NCBI GenBank assembly: GCA_034113365.1
Contig: JAXEXP010000174.1
Location: 1 to 62,022, forward strand
Direction of reading: 5' to 3'
Source of the DNA: Candidatus Spyradocola sp.
GTDB taxonomy: Bacteria; Bacillota; Clostridia; Christensenellales; UBA1750
DNA: 62,022 nucleotides
Below, one piece after another: positions 1 through 9,730 of this stretch (positions are counted from its first letter, which is position 1; every line of letters starts with the position of its first letter). Under the pieces are notes generated by a model that was given only the letters and a program-made list of their open reading frames with translations, was not told where the DNA came from and searched no databases. A program made the translations under genes and the position numbers.

Positions 1-138
1 CTTAATCCATAGGCAGATGGAAAATCGCTTCCGATACAGAAAAATTCGTGTGCGGCAAGGCCGTGCGCGAATTTTTCTGCAATTCGAAAAAGATGAGTAT
101 TCATCTTTTTCGAGCCTGTCGACTTTGTCGACAGGCTG
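1..138. mobile_element. MITE-like element, copy 1 (partial, truncated by the window start)
   Basis: Near-identical to 15365-15496 and to the reverse complement of 9436-9567. Ends in TTTGTCGACAGGCTG and directly abuts a terminator hairpin. Confidence 0.8.
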
Positions 139-140
139 AG

Positions 141-177
141 CCGCCGTTTTCACCCTGTTTCAAGGGGAAAACGGCGG
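141..177 (-). terminator. Intrinsic terminator hairpin downstream of the YfcC-family gene
   Basis: Imperfect stem CCGCCGTTTTC..CC / GGGGAAAACGGCGG about 30 nt past the stop at 210. Confidence 0.6.
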
Positions 178-209
178 TATTTTCTTGCCCAAAACGCTGC
201 GAAAAAGCC

Positions 210-1670
210 CTATGCGTAGCCCACGGAAACCGCGAAAATCAGCAGCAAAGCCGTCAGAATCAGCACCACAAGCTGCAGTTTCCACGTCCATTTGAACCAT
301 TTGGTGTACGGAATATCCATCATCCCCAGCACGATCAGCAGCATCGCGTTGGTGGGGAAAAACACGTTGGTGAACCCGTCTCCGAAGCAGAACGCCAGCA
401 CCACGCTCTGCCGCGTCAGCCCGATCAGGTCGGCCAGCGGCACGATCAGCGGCATGATCAGGAAGGCTTTTGACGCCGCGCTGGACACAAAAAACTGGAA
501 AACCAGCACGATCGCATACAGGATCAGGATCGCCGCAAAGGGCGTCATGCCCTGTAAAAGCGTGTATGCGCCGTGCAGCAGCGTGTCCAGTATGGCGCCC
601 TGTTCGATGATGTGGCGCACCGACATCGACAGCAAAATCAGCACCGCGCCGGGCGCCATGCTCAGCACGCCCGACCCGAAATCCTTCCACATTCCCTTGG
701 GATTGTACCGCGATATGCCCCCCGCGATCAGCGCGCCGCAGGGCAAAGCCAGCGCCATCACCACCATCGTGTAGTCCGAAAGCCCCGGGATCGTCAGCGC
801 CAGCAGCACATAGCCGAACACGCACCCCAGCGCGATCACAAACGCCAAAGCCGCCCTTCCGACTGCCTTATTGGCCAGTATTTCGTCGTTTCCGGAGGCC
901 GTCAGCGTGCTTCTGCGCGCCTCATCCTGCGCAAACGTGTAGGAAACCTGCGGATTTTTCTCCACCTTTTTGGCGTGATGCACCAGAAATACGCACAGGA
1001 GCGCGTAGATCAGCACGAACACGATCAGCCGCAGCCACAGCCCCGAGAACAGCGGAACGCCCGCCAGCTTCTGTGCCACAGCCACCGTAAACGGGTTGAA
1101 CGTGCCCGCCGCGAAGCCAAAGCCCACCGAAAGCAGGCTCATCCCAACGCCTGTGAGCGTATCCCACCCCAGCGCGAGCGAAAGCAGCACCAGCAGCGGC
1201 ACCAGCGGAACCGTCTCCTCCAGCAGCCCCATCGTCGACCCCAGCGCCATGCAAAGCAGCGAAATCAGGCACAGAAGCAGATATTTTCTGCCCCCAAACC
1301 GCCGTATTGTCGCCGCGATCAGGTATCGGAACACCCCCGCGCGGTCCAGCACGGAGAACGCCCCGCCCACAAGCAGTATGAACACAATGATGACGATCGC
1401 GGTCAGCGCCTGCGCGTCGCCCAGCATCTCGACCGGCGCGGTGAACCACCGCCACACGGGCAGTCTTTCGGCGTCCGGGGTCAGCACATAGGAGCCTTCC
1501 ACCACGATCTCGTTGCCGTTTGCGTCGAGTGTGCGCGCATATTGACCCTGCGGCAGCACGCGCGTGAGCACACCCGCCAGCACCATCAGCGCCACCAGGA
1601 TGGCCACCGTTGTCAGGAACGAGCGGGTGCTCACATGCAGCCCGCCCTTGGCGTTTTTATCGTTTTGCAT
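210..1670 (-). CDS. YfcC family (C4-dicarboxylate anaerobic carrier-like) membrane transporter
   Basis: 486 aa, many TM helices, motifs NPFTVAVAQ..AG.P.FSG..LR and FGDGFTN...PT typical of YfcC/DcuC-like carriers. Confidence 0.85.
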   Translation of the reverse strand: MQNDKNAKGGLHVSTRSFLTTVAILVALMVLAGVLTRVLPQGQYARTLDANGNEIVVEGSYVLTPDAERLPVWRWFTAPVEMLGDAQALTAIVIIVFILLVGGAFSVLDRAGVFRYLIAATIRRFGGRKYLLLCLISLLCMALGSTMGLLEETVPLVPLLVLLSLALGWDTLTGVGMSLLSVGFGFAAGTFNPFTVAVAQKLAGVPLFSGLWLRLIVFVLIYALLCVFLVHHAKKVEKNPQVSYTFAQDEARRSTLTASGNDEILANKAVGRAALAFVIALGCVFGYVLLALTIPGLSDYTMVVMALALPCGALIAGGISRYNPKGMWKDFGSGVLSMAPGAVLILLSMSVRHIIEQGAILDTLLHGAYTLLQGMTPFAAILILYAIVLVFQFFVSSAASKAFLIMPLIVPLADLIGLTRQSVVLAFCFGDGFTNVFFPTNAMLLIVLGMMDIPYTKWFKWTWKLQLVVLILTALLLIFAVSVGYA

Positions 1671-1705
1671 GGGGATTTTTCCTCCGAATCATGCGTTTTT
1701 TGGCG

Positions 1706-2710
1706 TCAAATGCGCCGCACGGTGCCGCGCTCCACCAGCCACACGTCCTGCTGGATGCGCTCGGCAGGGGCGCTCTTGTCGCGGATGTGGCGCACCAGCA
1801 TCTCCACCGTGGCGCGCGCCTTGCCCGCCACGTCCTGCCCCAGCGTGGTCAGCGGCGGCTGCGTCATGCGCGCCAGCGGCAGGTCGTCAAAGCCCATCAC
1901 GGAGACGTCCTGCGGCACGCGGCGGCCCTGTGCGGCCAGCACGAGCATCAGCTGCGCCGCCACGCGGTCCGCCGTGCAGAACAGCGCGGTGGGCGCATCC
2001 GGGCGGTCGAGCAGCGCGTGCAGCATCGCGTCCTGACGCTCCGGCGCGGGCACGGTCAGCACGTTGCGCGGCTCCAAAGACACTCCGTTTGCCGTAAGCT
2101 CCTCGGTAAAGCCCTGCAATCGCAGCTGATCGACGCTGCTTTCCTCGATGCAGTTGCCGATGAATGCCAGATGCCTGTGCCCCATTTTCAGCAGATATTG
2201 CGCCGCGATGCGCCCGCCCGCCAGGTCGTCCACGTAGACGTAGTTCATCGAGGGAATGGGAAAATAGCTGTCCGTGAGCACCGCGGGCACCGAGGACAGC
2301 CCCTTGATGTGCTGCAGATTGCGGTCAAACGCGCCGCAGAGCACCGCCCCGGCCACGTTCCAGCCCAGCAGGTTGCGCTCCACGTCGCGGTAGTCGTCGG
2401 TAAAGCGCAGCAGCGGATAGTAGCCCCTGCGCTGCAGCTCGATGGTCACATCGCCTATGAATTCGGCCATGTAGGGGTTGCGGAACATGTTCTCGCCCTC
2501 GGGGCACTGCGCGATGATGGCCACGATGTGGCTCTCCCGCTGCGCCAGCGAGCGCGCCGCCTGGTTGGGCACATAGCCGCTGCGGCGGATGATCTCCTGT
2601 ATGCGCTCGATGGTGGCCTCGGACACCCGCCCCGTGTTGCCGTTGATGACATTGGAGACGGTGGTCATGCTCACCCCTGCCTCCTGTGCGATCTCTTTGA
2701 GTGTGATCAA
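1706..2710 (-). CDS. LacI family transcriptional regulator
   Basis: N-terminal HTH ITLKEIAQEAGVSMTTVSNVIN, hinge YVPNQAARSL, C-terminal VPQDVSVMGFDD. Confidence 0.95.
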   Translation of the reverse strand: MITLKEIAQEAGVSMTTVSNVINGNTGRVSEATIERIQEIIRRSGYVPNQAARSLAQRESHIVAIIAQCPEGENMFRNPYMAEFIGDVTIELQRRGYYPLLRFTDDYRDVERNLLGWNVAGAVLCGAFDRNLQHIKGLSSVPAVLTDSYFPIPSMNYVYVDDLAGGRIAAQYLLKMGHRHLAFIGNCIEESSVDQLRLQGFTEELTANGVSLEPRNVLTVPAPERQDAMLHALLDRPDAPTALFCTADRVAAQLMLVLAAQGRRVPQDVSVMGFDDLPLARMTQPPLTTLGQDVAGKARATVEMLVRHIRDKSAPAERIQQDVWLVERGTVRRI

Positions 2711-2792
2711 GCTCGCTTCCCCTCGCTTTTTGGTTTGTTTTTCCTACTATATCATATCGGATAATGCGGCGCAAGGACGGAAATCGCGGCCG

Positions 2793-3122
2793 CTATTTCG
2801 CGCCGGTCAGCGCGCAGCCGTGCGCATGGCGCAGCATTTCGGTCAGCAGCTCGTCCGGCGCCTCGTAGTGCCACACTGTCACAAAGTACGGCGCCTGCAC
2901 CGGCGGGCAGTGATAGCCACGCGTGACCGTCTCCGGGTGCTGCGCGCGCCATACCTCGCCCATCAGCCGCGTGCAGCGGAAGGTCACCTTGTCCGTGTTC
3001 AGCTGCGCGAAGATGCGGTTTCTCGGCCCTGCCTTGAAGCAGATGGGTAGCGGGCCGAACGGCGTGCATTCCAGCGCCCCCTCGATGCCCCGGCAGGCCG
3101 TCAGCAGCTGCTGCATGTCCAT
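2793..3122 (-). CDS. MmcQ/YjbR family protein
   Basis: 109 aa with PFGP..CFK and VTRGYH pattern; GGGGG RBS upstream. Confidence 0.75.
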   Translation of the reverse strand: MDMQQLLTACRGIEGALECTPFGPLPICFKAGPRNRIFAQLNTDKVTFRCTRLMGEVWRAQHPETVTRGYHCPPVQAPYFVTVWHYEAPDELLTEMLRHAHGCALTGAK

Positions 3123-3178
3123 CGCGATCCCCCCTGTTTGTTTCCTCTGTTATTATAGCACATCTTGCGGCGCATGTA

Positions 3179-3229
3179 TTGACAAATGGCATCATTTGCG
3201 GTATTCTAGACGCAGGTTAAGCGCTAAAC
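3179..3229 (+). promoter_or_regulatory. SigmaA-type promoter with a LacI-type operator upstream of the GH31 gene
   Basis: TTGACA(3179)-17 bp-TATTCT(3202), followed by near-palindrome GTTAAGCGCTAAAC (3216-3229) with the central AGCGCT typical of LacI-family operators. Confidence 0.7.
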
Positions 3230-3265
3230 GTAATCGAATTTTCGGATAAAAGGAGCGGATTGAGC

Positions 3266-5569
3266 ATGTCTACCACCATTTTGGGTCCGGTCTACCGCAT
3301 CACCTTCCTCACCTCGCGCCTGGTGCGCCTGGAATACCAGCCCGACGGCCGCTTTGAGGACGCGCCCACGACCATGGCGCGCTGCCGGGATTTCCCCGAG
3401 GTGGCGGTCACGCAGGTGCGCGGCGCGCACGGGCTGGAGCTGGACACCGAGCATCTGCACATCGTCTACGACGAGGGGGAGTTTACGGGGCATGGGCTGT
3501 CCATCGCGGTCAAGGGCAATCTGAGCGCGTACACGAGCACTTGGCGTTTTGGTCAGGCGTTCAAGACGCTGGGCGGCACCGCGCGCACGCTGGACACCGC
3601 AAACGGAGCCATCCCGCTGGAGCCGGGTCTGGTATCGCGCGACGGCTTTTCCGTGCTGGACGACAGCGCGTCGATGGAGCTGGACGAGAACGGCGCGTTC
3701 CGCCCGCGCTCTGTCAAGGAGACGGATCTGTATTTCTTTGGCTACGGCCACGATTACGCCCAGTGCCTGAAGGATTTCTACAAGCTCTCGGGCGCGACCC
3801 CCATGCTGCCCCGCTACGCGCTGGGCAACTGGTGGAGCCGCTACCACGAGTACACCGAGGAGACCTACCGAAAGCTGCTGGACGACTTTGCGGCGCACGA
3901 CGTGCCGCTGTCGGTGGCGGTGTTTGACATGGACTGGCACCTGACCGACGTGCCCTACGGCAGCGGCTGGACGGGCTACACGTGGAATAAGGACTTCTTC
4001 CCCGATCCCGCGCGATTCCTGCGCGAGGTGCACGACCGCGGGCTGCGCATCACGCTCAACCTGCACCCGGCGGGCGGCGTGCAGCCCCACGAGGAGCAGT
4101 ACGAGGCCTTCTGCCGCGCGGTGGGCCGCGATCCCGAGCAGAAGCTGGGCATCGACTTTGACGCAGCGGACGACACGTTCATGAAGGCGTATTTCGAGCA
4201 GCTGCACCGCCCGCTGGAGGACGAGGGCGTGGACTTCTGGTGGATCGACTGGCAGCAGGGCGGCGTGAGCAGCGTCGAGGGGCTGGATCCCATGTGGGTG
4301 CTCAACGAGGGGCACTACCGAGACACGCAGCGCAACGGCAGGCGCAGCCTGATCCTGTCGCGCTACGCAGGCCCCGGCTCGCACCGCTGCCCGGTGGGCT
4401 TCTCGGGCGACACCATCGTCACCTGGGACTCGCTGGACTTCCAGCCGTATTTCACCGCGACGGCCTCCAACATCGGCTATCCGTGGTGGAGCCACGACAT
4501 TGGCGGCCACATGAACGGCGCGCGCGACGACGAAATGGCCACGCGCTGGCTGGAATTCGGCGTGTTTTCGCCCATCGTGCGGCTGCATTCCTCCAAGAAT
4601 CTGTTCGCGTCCAAGGAGCCGTGGACGTACGGGCCGCAGGCGTCGGCCATCATGCAGGAGCAGCTGCGCCTGCGCCACCGGCTGGTGCCCTACCTCTACA
4701 CCGCAGCCGAGCGCCTGCATACCGAGGGTGAGCCGCTGATCCGCCCCATGTACTACGGCTGGCCCGAGCGCGAGGAGGCCTATCATGTGCCCAATCAGTA
4801 CCTGTTCGGCAGCGAGATGCTGGTCTGCCCCATCACGCAGCCCATGGATCGCGTGCTGAACGCGGCGGCGGTCAAGGCGTGGCTGCCCGAGGGGCTGTGG
4901 TTCGACCTGCGCACGGGCGCCATCTACACGGGCGATAAGCAGCTGACGCTGTACCGCGGGCTGGAGAGCATCCCGGTGCTGGTCAAGGCGGGCGGCATCG
5001 TGCCGCTGGCGGAGGATCTGCGCGCCGACCGCAACCCGGCGCACCTGACGCTGCGCGTGTTCGCGGGCGCGGACGGCGATTACACGCTCTACGAGGACGA
5101 CGGCGTGAGCCTGGACAGCGCCGCGGTGCGCACGCACATCCATCTGGACTGGGAAAAGGGTGCGCTGAGCCTGAGTGTGGACGGCGAGCGCAGCCTGCTG
5201 CCGGAAAAGCGCGTGTGGAACGTGGAGTGCATCGGGTTCGAGAACACCGCGGTGACGGTGGACGGCATGGCCGTCGAGACGCACTACGACGCATCGCGCA
5301 ACGCGCTGTGCTTCACGGTGGAGCTGGACGCGGACTGCGGCGGTGTGACGGCGGAGTTTGCCCGCGCGGCGCTTGTGCAGGACGACTGGTTCGCGCGCGT
5401 GGAGCAGCGTTTGCAGGGCGTGCAGTCGCTGCTGGACGAGAAGGAGGCCATCTGGAAACTGCTGAAGAAGCGCGGGCGCACGGCGGGCGCGATGAGCACG
5501 CTGCGCGCGATGTGCCAGACCCCCGGCCTGCCGGATTTCCTCGAGGAGGTCGTCTGGGCGCAGGAATAA
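3266..5569 (+). CDS. Glycoside hydrolase family 31 (alpha-glucosidase-like)
   Basis: GNWWSRY, DMDWH, nucleophile region DFWWIDWQQG, acid/base GFSGD, SHDIGG; AAGGAG RBS. Alternative TTG start at 3260. Confidence 0.9.
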   Translation: MSTTILGPVYRITFLTSRLVRLEYQPDGRFEDAPTTMARCRDFPEVAVTQVRGAHGLELDTEHLHIVYDEGEFTGHGLSIAVKGNLSAYTSTWRFGQAFKTLGGTARTLDTANGAIPLEPGLVSRDGFSVLDDSASMELDENGAFRPRSVKETDLYFFGYGHDYAQCLKDFYKLSGATPMLPRYALGNWWSRYHEYTEETYRKLLDDFAAHDVPLSVAVFDMDWHLTDVPYGSGWTGYTWNKDFFPDPARFLREVHDRGLRITLNLHPAGGVQPHEEQYEAFCRAVGRDPEQKLGIDFDAADDTFMKAYFEQLHRPLEDEGVDFWWIDWQQGGVSSVEGLDPMWVLNEGHYRDTQRNGRRSLILSRYAGPGSHRCPVGFSGDTIVTWDSLDFQPYFTATASNIGYPWWSHDIGGHMNGARDDEMATRWLEFGVFSPIVRLHSSKNLFASKEPWTYGPQASAIMQEQLRLRHRLVPYLYTAAERLHTEGEPLIRPMYYGWPEREEAYHVPNQYLFGSEMLVCPITQPMDRVLNAAAVKAWLPEGLWFDLRTGAIYTGDKQLTLYRGLESIPVLVKAGGIVPLAEDLRADRNPAHLTLRVFAGADGDYTLYEDDGVSLDSAAVRTHIHLDWEKGALSLSVDGERSLLPEKRVWNVECIGFENTAVTVDGMAVETHYDASRNALCFTVELDADCGGVTAEFARAALVQDDWFARVEQRLQGVQSLLDEKEAIWKLLKKRGRTAGAMSTLRAMCQTPGLPDFLEEVVWAQE

Positions 5570-5611
5570 AGCGCTTTTGCGGCGAATCCTTTGGGAAAAG
5601 GAGGTGCGGTC

Positions 5612-6772
5612 ATGTTTGACAGAGAGTTGATCGAAAACCGGGCGATGACGGAGCAGGCATGCGCGTTTCACCCGCCCTATCCCGAGCAGATCGGCGATTT
5701 TCTGACGGGAAAGCAGGTGCGCACGGGCGCGCAGGTGCAGCCCGACGGCAGCGTGGTATTCCGCGTGTACGCGCCGCAGGTGAAGAATGCGGTGGTGCAC
5801 TTTACGGCGTTTGCGGACGTAGAGGTGGTGCTTAAAAAGGACGGCGACGGCATCTTTTCGGGCGCGCTGCCCTACGAGCACCGTCTGCGCGGGCCGCAGG
5901 ACGTGGAGTTCTGGCTGGACGGGCAGCTCTTCCTGCACCCGCAGGTGCCGGCGCACTACCGGACGTTTAAGCTGGTCAACTTCGTGGAGCTGCCGGACGA
6001 GGAGAGCGGCATGATCCTGCTGCGCGACGTGCCGCACGGGCAGGTGGTGCGCGAGGTGTACTTCTCCAACGCGATGAACAGTTGGGAGCGCTGCCTGGTG
6101 TATCTGCCGCCGCAGTACCGGCAGGGCGGGGCCTACCCGGTGCTCTACCTGCAGCACGGCGCGACGGAGAACGAAAACGAGTGGGTGTACATGGGCAAGA
6201 TGCCCTACATACTGGACAACCTCATCGCCGACGGCAAGGCCGTGCCCTTCATCGCGGTGATGAACGACGGCATGGAGCGCGCGCCCGGCGAGGGCATGGT
6301 GGACTTTGCCACCTTTGAGCGCATGCTGCTGGAGGACTGCCTGCCCTTTATCGAGAAGAACTACCGCGTGGTCGCGGACAAGGCGCACCGCGCGATGGCG
6401 GGGCTGTCGCTGGGCTCCATGCAGACCAGCGCGATCGGCCTTACGCACCCGGAGCTGTTCGACTATCTGGGGCTGTTCAGCGGCTTCATGCGCTTTGGCA
6501 CGGGGGTGAGCACCAACTTTGCCGACTGGCCGCATCTTGCGGCGCTGGCGGAGGATCCCGGGTTTATCAGCGGCAATTACAGGCTGTTCTTCCGCGCAAT
6601 CGGCGAGAGCGACCGCTTCTTTTCCGTGTTTGCGGAGGACAGCGAGCAGCTGGAGCGCCTGGGCAGCGACAAGCTGCCGGGATATGTGGCGCGCACCTAT
6701 GAGGGCATGACGCACGACTGGGGAGCCTTCCGGCGCGGTCTGCGGGACTTTGCACAGCTTGTTTTCAAGTGA
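5612..6772 (+). CDS. Putative carbohydrate esterase (N-terminal CBM48-like domain plus alpha/beta hydrolase)
   Basis: VYLPP.Y....YPVLYLQHG, GLSLG nucleophile elbow, C-terminal HDW; AGGAGG RBS before ATG 5612. Confidence 0.85.
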   Translation: MFDRELIENRAMTEQACAFHPPYPEQIGDFLTGKQVRTGAQVQPDGSVVFRVYAPQVKNAVVHFTAFADVEVVLKKDGDGIFSGALPYEHRLRGPQDVEFWLDGQLFLHPQVPAHYRTFKLVNFVELPDEESGMILLRDVPHGQVVREVYFSNAMNSWERCLVYLPPQYRQGGAYPVLYLQHGATENENEWVYMGKMPYILDNLIADGKAVPFIAVMNDGMERAPGEGMVDFATFERMLLEDCLPFIEKNYRVVADKAHRAMAGLSLGSMQTSAIGLTHPELFDYLGLFSGFMRFGTGVSTNFADWPHLAALAEDPGFISGNYRLFFRAIGESDRFFSVFAEDSEQLERLGSDKLPGYVARTYEGMTHDWGAFRRGLRDFAQLVFK

Positions 6773-6790
6773 GAGAGCAGAAAAACATGG

Positions 6791-6832
6791 ACGCCCCCGT
6801 CGGGGACTGCTTGCAGTCCCCGACGGGGGCGT
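6791..6832. terminator. Perfect 20-bp-stem palindrome between convergent genes (bidirectional terminator or REP-like)
   Basis: ACGCCCCCGTCGGGGACTGC-TT-GCAGTCCCCGACGGGGGCGT. Confidence 0.7.
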
Positions 6833-6861
6833 TTTGCGCGGGTGGGCGGCCCTGTGCGGGG

Positions 6862-7599
6862 TCAGCGTTTGTAGGTCGGGAGGCCCTCCATGCTGACGAC
6901 CAGACAGTAGACGTCCGGGCGCAGGTGGGTGACGACGTACTCGATGGGGCCGTCTGCGGACAGTGCGATGCGCTGCATTTGCAGCAGCGGCGAGCCCTCG
7001 GGGATGCACAGCTCCTGCGCTTCCTCCGCAGAGGCCACGCAGGCGGTGATGCGCTCGCAGCCCTCCTTGAAGTCCACGTGGAATTCGCGCGAGAGCAGCG
7101 AGTACAGGTCGAACGGGGTGGGAAATCCGTCCAGGCCGGGCGCTACGTCGCGGCGGACGTAGTTGACCATGCGCGCAAAGGGCATGCCGTCGGCATGGAA
7201 GCGGCGCCGGATGCGGTAGACGGTCGTGCCGGGGGCGATCTCCAATGCCTGCGCGGCCTCGGACGGGGCGGGGACGGAGTCCACGCGGAACAGCGCCGTC
7301 TCGGTGCGCGCGCGGTCGTAGCCCGGCGCAAAGCGCTCGGTGATCTCGGTGACGTTGTGGAATTTATGGAAGCCCATCGGCTGATGCTTGTCCGTGACCT
7401 CGGTGCCGTAGCCCTGGCGGACGGTGACGTAGTTGCCCTCCACCAGCTGGGAGACGGCGCGGCGCACCGTGGTGCGGCTGACCTGATAGAGCGCCTGCAG
7501 CTCCTTTTCGGGCGGCAGCAGCGTGCCGGGCGGGTATTGTCCCGACAGGATCTTCTGCTTGAGGTCAAAGGCGACGCGTCTGTAAACGGGGATGGACAT
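6862..7599 (-). CDS. GntR family (HutC/UTRA) transcriptional regulator
   Basis: PVY...LKQKILSGQYPPGTLLPPEKEL...YQVSRTTVRRA..L..QGYGT wHTH plus UTRA-like C-terminus; GGAGG RBS. Confidence 0.92.
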   Translation of the reverse strand: MSIPVYRRVAFDLKQKILSGQYPPGTLLPPEKELQALYQVSRTTVRRAVSQLVEGNYVTVRQGYGTEVTDKHQPMGFHKFHNVTEITERFAPGYDRARTETALFRVDSVPAPSEAAQALEIAPGTTVYRIRRRFHADGMPFARMVNYVRRDVAPGLDGFPTPFDLYSLLSREFHVDFKEGCERITACVASAEEAQELCIPEGSPLLQMQRIALSADGPIEYVVTHLRPDVYCLVVSMEGLPTYKR

Positions 7600-7779
7600 G
7601 AAGCAACCTCCATACGTGCTGAGCTTGGATGGGCCGACGCATCCATCATAACACAATCTGCGGAATATGCAACCGTTGACAGCCCAGCTTTGTACTATGT
7701 TAAAATTTTAGCATTGCAATTTGCCGGTTTTCAGTGGAAAATAGAACCATAAGCAATCCAATGAAAGGAGATGGAACGC

Positions 7780-8583
7780 ATGGCACAAAATGCGATCATG
7801 CGGCTGACCATCCGGTCCGAGGCCCTCAAGACCGTGACGGACGTAAACGTGCTCTATCCCACGCGCAAGACCACCGAGCGCAAGGGCGGGATGATGCACA
7901 ACACCTGCGTCCGCCATGAGCGCTCGCTCAAGGTGCTCTACCTGATCCACGGAGGCGGAGACGACTACTCTGCGTGGATCAACAACACGCGCTTGGCGCT
8001 GTACGCCGAGAAGCATCCCGAGCTGCTCATCGTGATGCCCACGGTGCGCGACTTCCAGTCCTTCCGCACCGACATGGACTACTACGAGTACGTCTCCCGC
8101 GAGCTGCCCGAGTACATCGGCAGGCTGTTCAACATCTCGCACCGGCGCGAGGACACCTACATCGCGGGGCTTTCCATGGGCGGCTATCTGTCCTACCGCA
8201 TCGCGATGCTCAACCCGGAGCGCTACGGCAGGGTGGGCAGCTTCTCCAGCCCGCTGGACATCGTGCAGGACATGATCGAGCGGCACATCGGCTCGGCGGA
8301 GCACGCCGCGCCCGAGGCGCTCATCGGCGACCCCTTCCGCGAGATCCGCACCATCGTGGACAACAACCTCAAGCACCACATCGCAATGCCCGCCTCCTTC
8401 CAGGCCTGCGGCACCGAGGACATGACCTACGCCATCAACTGCGCGATGCGCGCCTTCTTTGAGGGCCGGCGCATGGATCACACCTACATGGAGGGCCCCG
8501 GCGTACACAACTGGTACTTCTGGGATGAGTACATCGACAAATTCCTGGACTGGCTGCCGCTGGATGACAAGGAGGGCGTGTGA
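7780..8583 (+). CDS. Putative esterase (tributyrin esterase / S-formylglutathione hydrolase-like)
   Basis: VLYLIHG, IAGLSMGGY, ACGTED, GVHNWYFWD; AAAGGAG RBS. Confidence 0.88.
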   Translation: MAQNAIMRLTIRSEALKTVTDVNVLYPTRKTTERKGGMMHNTCVRHERSLKVLYLIHGGGDDYSAWINNTRLALYAEKHPELLIVMPTVRDFQSFRTDMDYYEYVSRELPEYIGRLFNISHRREDTYIAGLSMGGYLSYRIAMLNPERYGRVGSFSSPLDIVQDMIERHIGSAEHAAPEALIGDPFREIRTIVDNNLKHHIAMPASFQACGTEDMTYAINCAMRAFFEGRRMDHTYMEGPGVHNWYFWDEYIDKFLDWLPLDDKEGV

Positions 8584-8584
8584 T

Positions 8585-9352
8585 ATGGCAAGAATACAGC
8601 TCAGCTATCCGGGCTACGGCCTGGCTTCCATCGACATGATCGCGCCGCAGTACGGCGACAGCCCCCGGGACGCGCAGATCAGCCGCGAGGACTACTACGC
8701 GGGCAAGCTGCCCGTGCTGTGGCTGCTGCACGGCGGCATGGGCTGCTCGAGCGACTGGCTCCGCTTTACCGAGGTGGAGCGCTTCGCGGCGGAAAAGCGG
8801 CTGTTCGTGGTGTCCATCTCGGGCGAAAACGGCGCGTATGTGGACATGGCGCGCGGCGCGCACTGGGAATCCATACTGACGGAGTACGTCTGGGATATGA
8901 TCCATGACATGTTCCCGCTGGCCTCGGAAAGGCCGGAGGACAACAGCATCGCGGGGCTGTCGATGGGCGGCTACGGAGCGCTGCGCAACGGCCTTAAGCA
9001 CCCCGAGAAGTACGGGCGCATCGGCGCGTTCTCGGCGGGGGTGCGCATCGTGGAGCGCGTGGGCGAGGACAGCGCGTTCGGCCGCGACCTGAAGGACGTG
9101 TTCGGCCAGGAGTGCGTGGGCACGCCCAACGACCTGTTCTGGGCGGCGCAGGCGCGGAAGGATGCGGGCAGGCCCTTCCCGCCCATCTACCTCTCCTGCG
9201 GCACGAAGGACAAGCTCTACAAGGACAACGCCGACCTGCGCGACCATCTGCAGGCGCTGGGCGCGGACGTGACCTGGGACGAGAGCGAGCACGGCCACGA
9301 ATGGGCCTTCTGGAACCGCCAGATCGAGAAATTCATCGACTGGCTGCCGTAA
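8585..9352 (+). CDS. Putative esterase (paralogue of the upstream gene)
   Basis: PVLWLLHG, IAGLSMGGY, SCGTKD, HGHEWAFW; AAGGAGG RBS. Confidence 0.88.
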   Translation: MARIQLSYPGYGLASIDMIAPQYGDSPRDAQISREDYYAGKLPVLWLLHGGMGCSSDWLRFTEVERFAAEKRLFVVSISGENGAYVDMARGAHWESILTEYVWDMIHDMFPLASERPEDNSIAGLSMGGYGALRNGLKHPEKYGRIGAFSAGVRIVERVGEDSAFGRDLKDVFGQECVGTPNDLFWAAQARKDAGRPFPPIYLSCGTKDKLYKDNADLRDHLQALGADVTWDESEHGHEWAFWNRQIEKFIDWLP

Positions 9353-9402
9353 CGGACCGTATTTTTCTCCAAAGCCATTGACGCATACTGATGTATGCAG
9401 TA

Positions 9403-9435
9403 AAGTGGAGTGAAGCAATTGGCTTCATTCCACTT
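9403..9435. repeat. Left direct repeat (33-bp terminator hairpin; candidate target-site duplication)
   Basis: AAGTGGAGTGAAGCAATTGGCTTCATTCCACTT recurs at 9731-9763 with 2 loop mismatches. Confidence 0.85.
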
Positions 9436-9730
9436 CAGCCTGTCGACAAAGTCGACAGGCTCGAAAAAGATGAAACCTCATCTTTTTCGAATTGCAGAAA
9501 AATTCGCGCACGGCCTTGCCGCACACGATTTTTCTGTATCGGAAGCGATTTTCCATCTGCCTATGGGTAAAGAACGGTGGAAACAGAGACTTCGTCCAGC
9601 TTATTCTTTCCTAACGTACAGAAAATCGCTCCTCGGCGGGGTACACGCCCCCGCCTGCGGATTGAAGATGAAGGGGCTGCGGCCCCTTCATGCATCCTCG
9701 GGGAGCACATGCCTGTTTTTTGACAGACTG
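9436..9730. mobile_element. MITE-like element, copy 2 (295 bp, inverted relative to copies 1 and 3)
   Basis: Imperfect terminal inverted repeats CAGCCTGTCGACAAA ... TTTTTTGACAGACTG, no credible ORF, internal hairpins, flanked by 33-bp direct repeats. Confidence 0.85.

Noticed and set aside
3224..7009. 1261-aa minus-strand ORF
   Set aside because: Antisense shadow of the GH31 and esterase genes; Arg/Ala/His-rich composition with no motifs, typical of high-GC codon bias.
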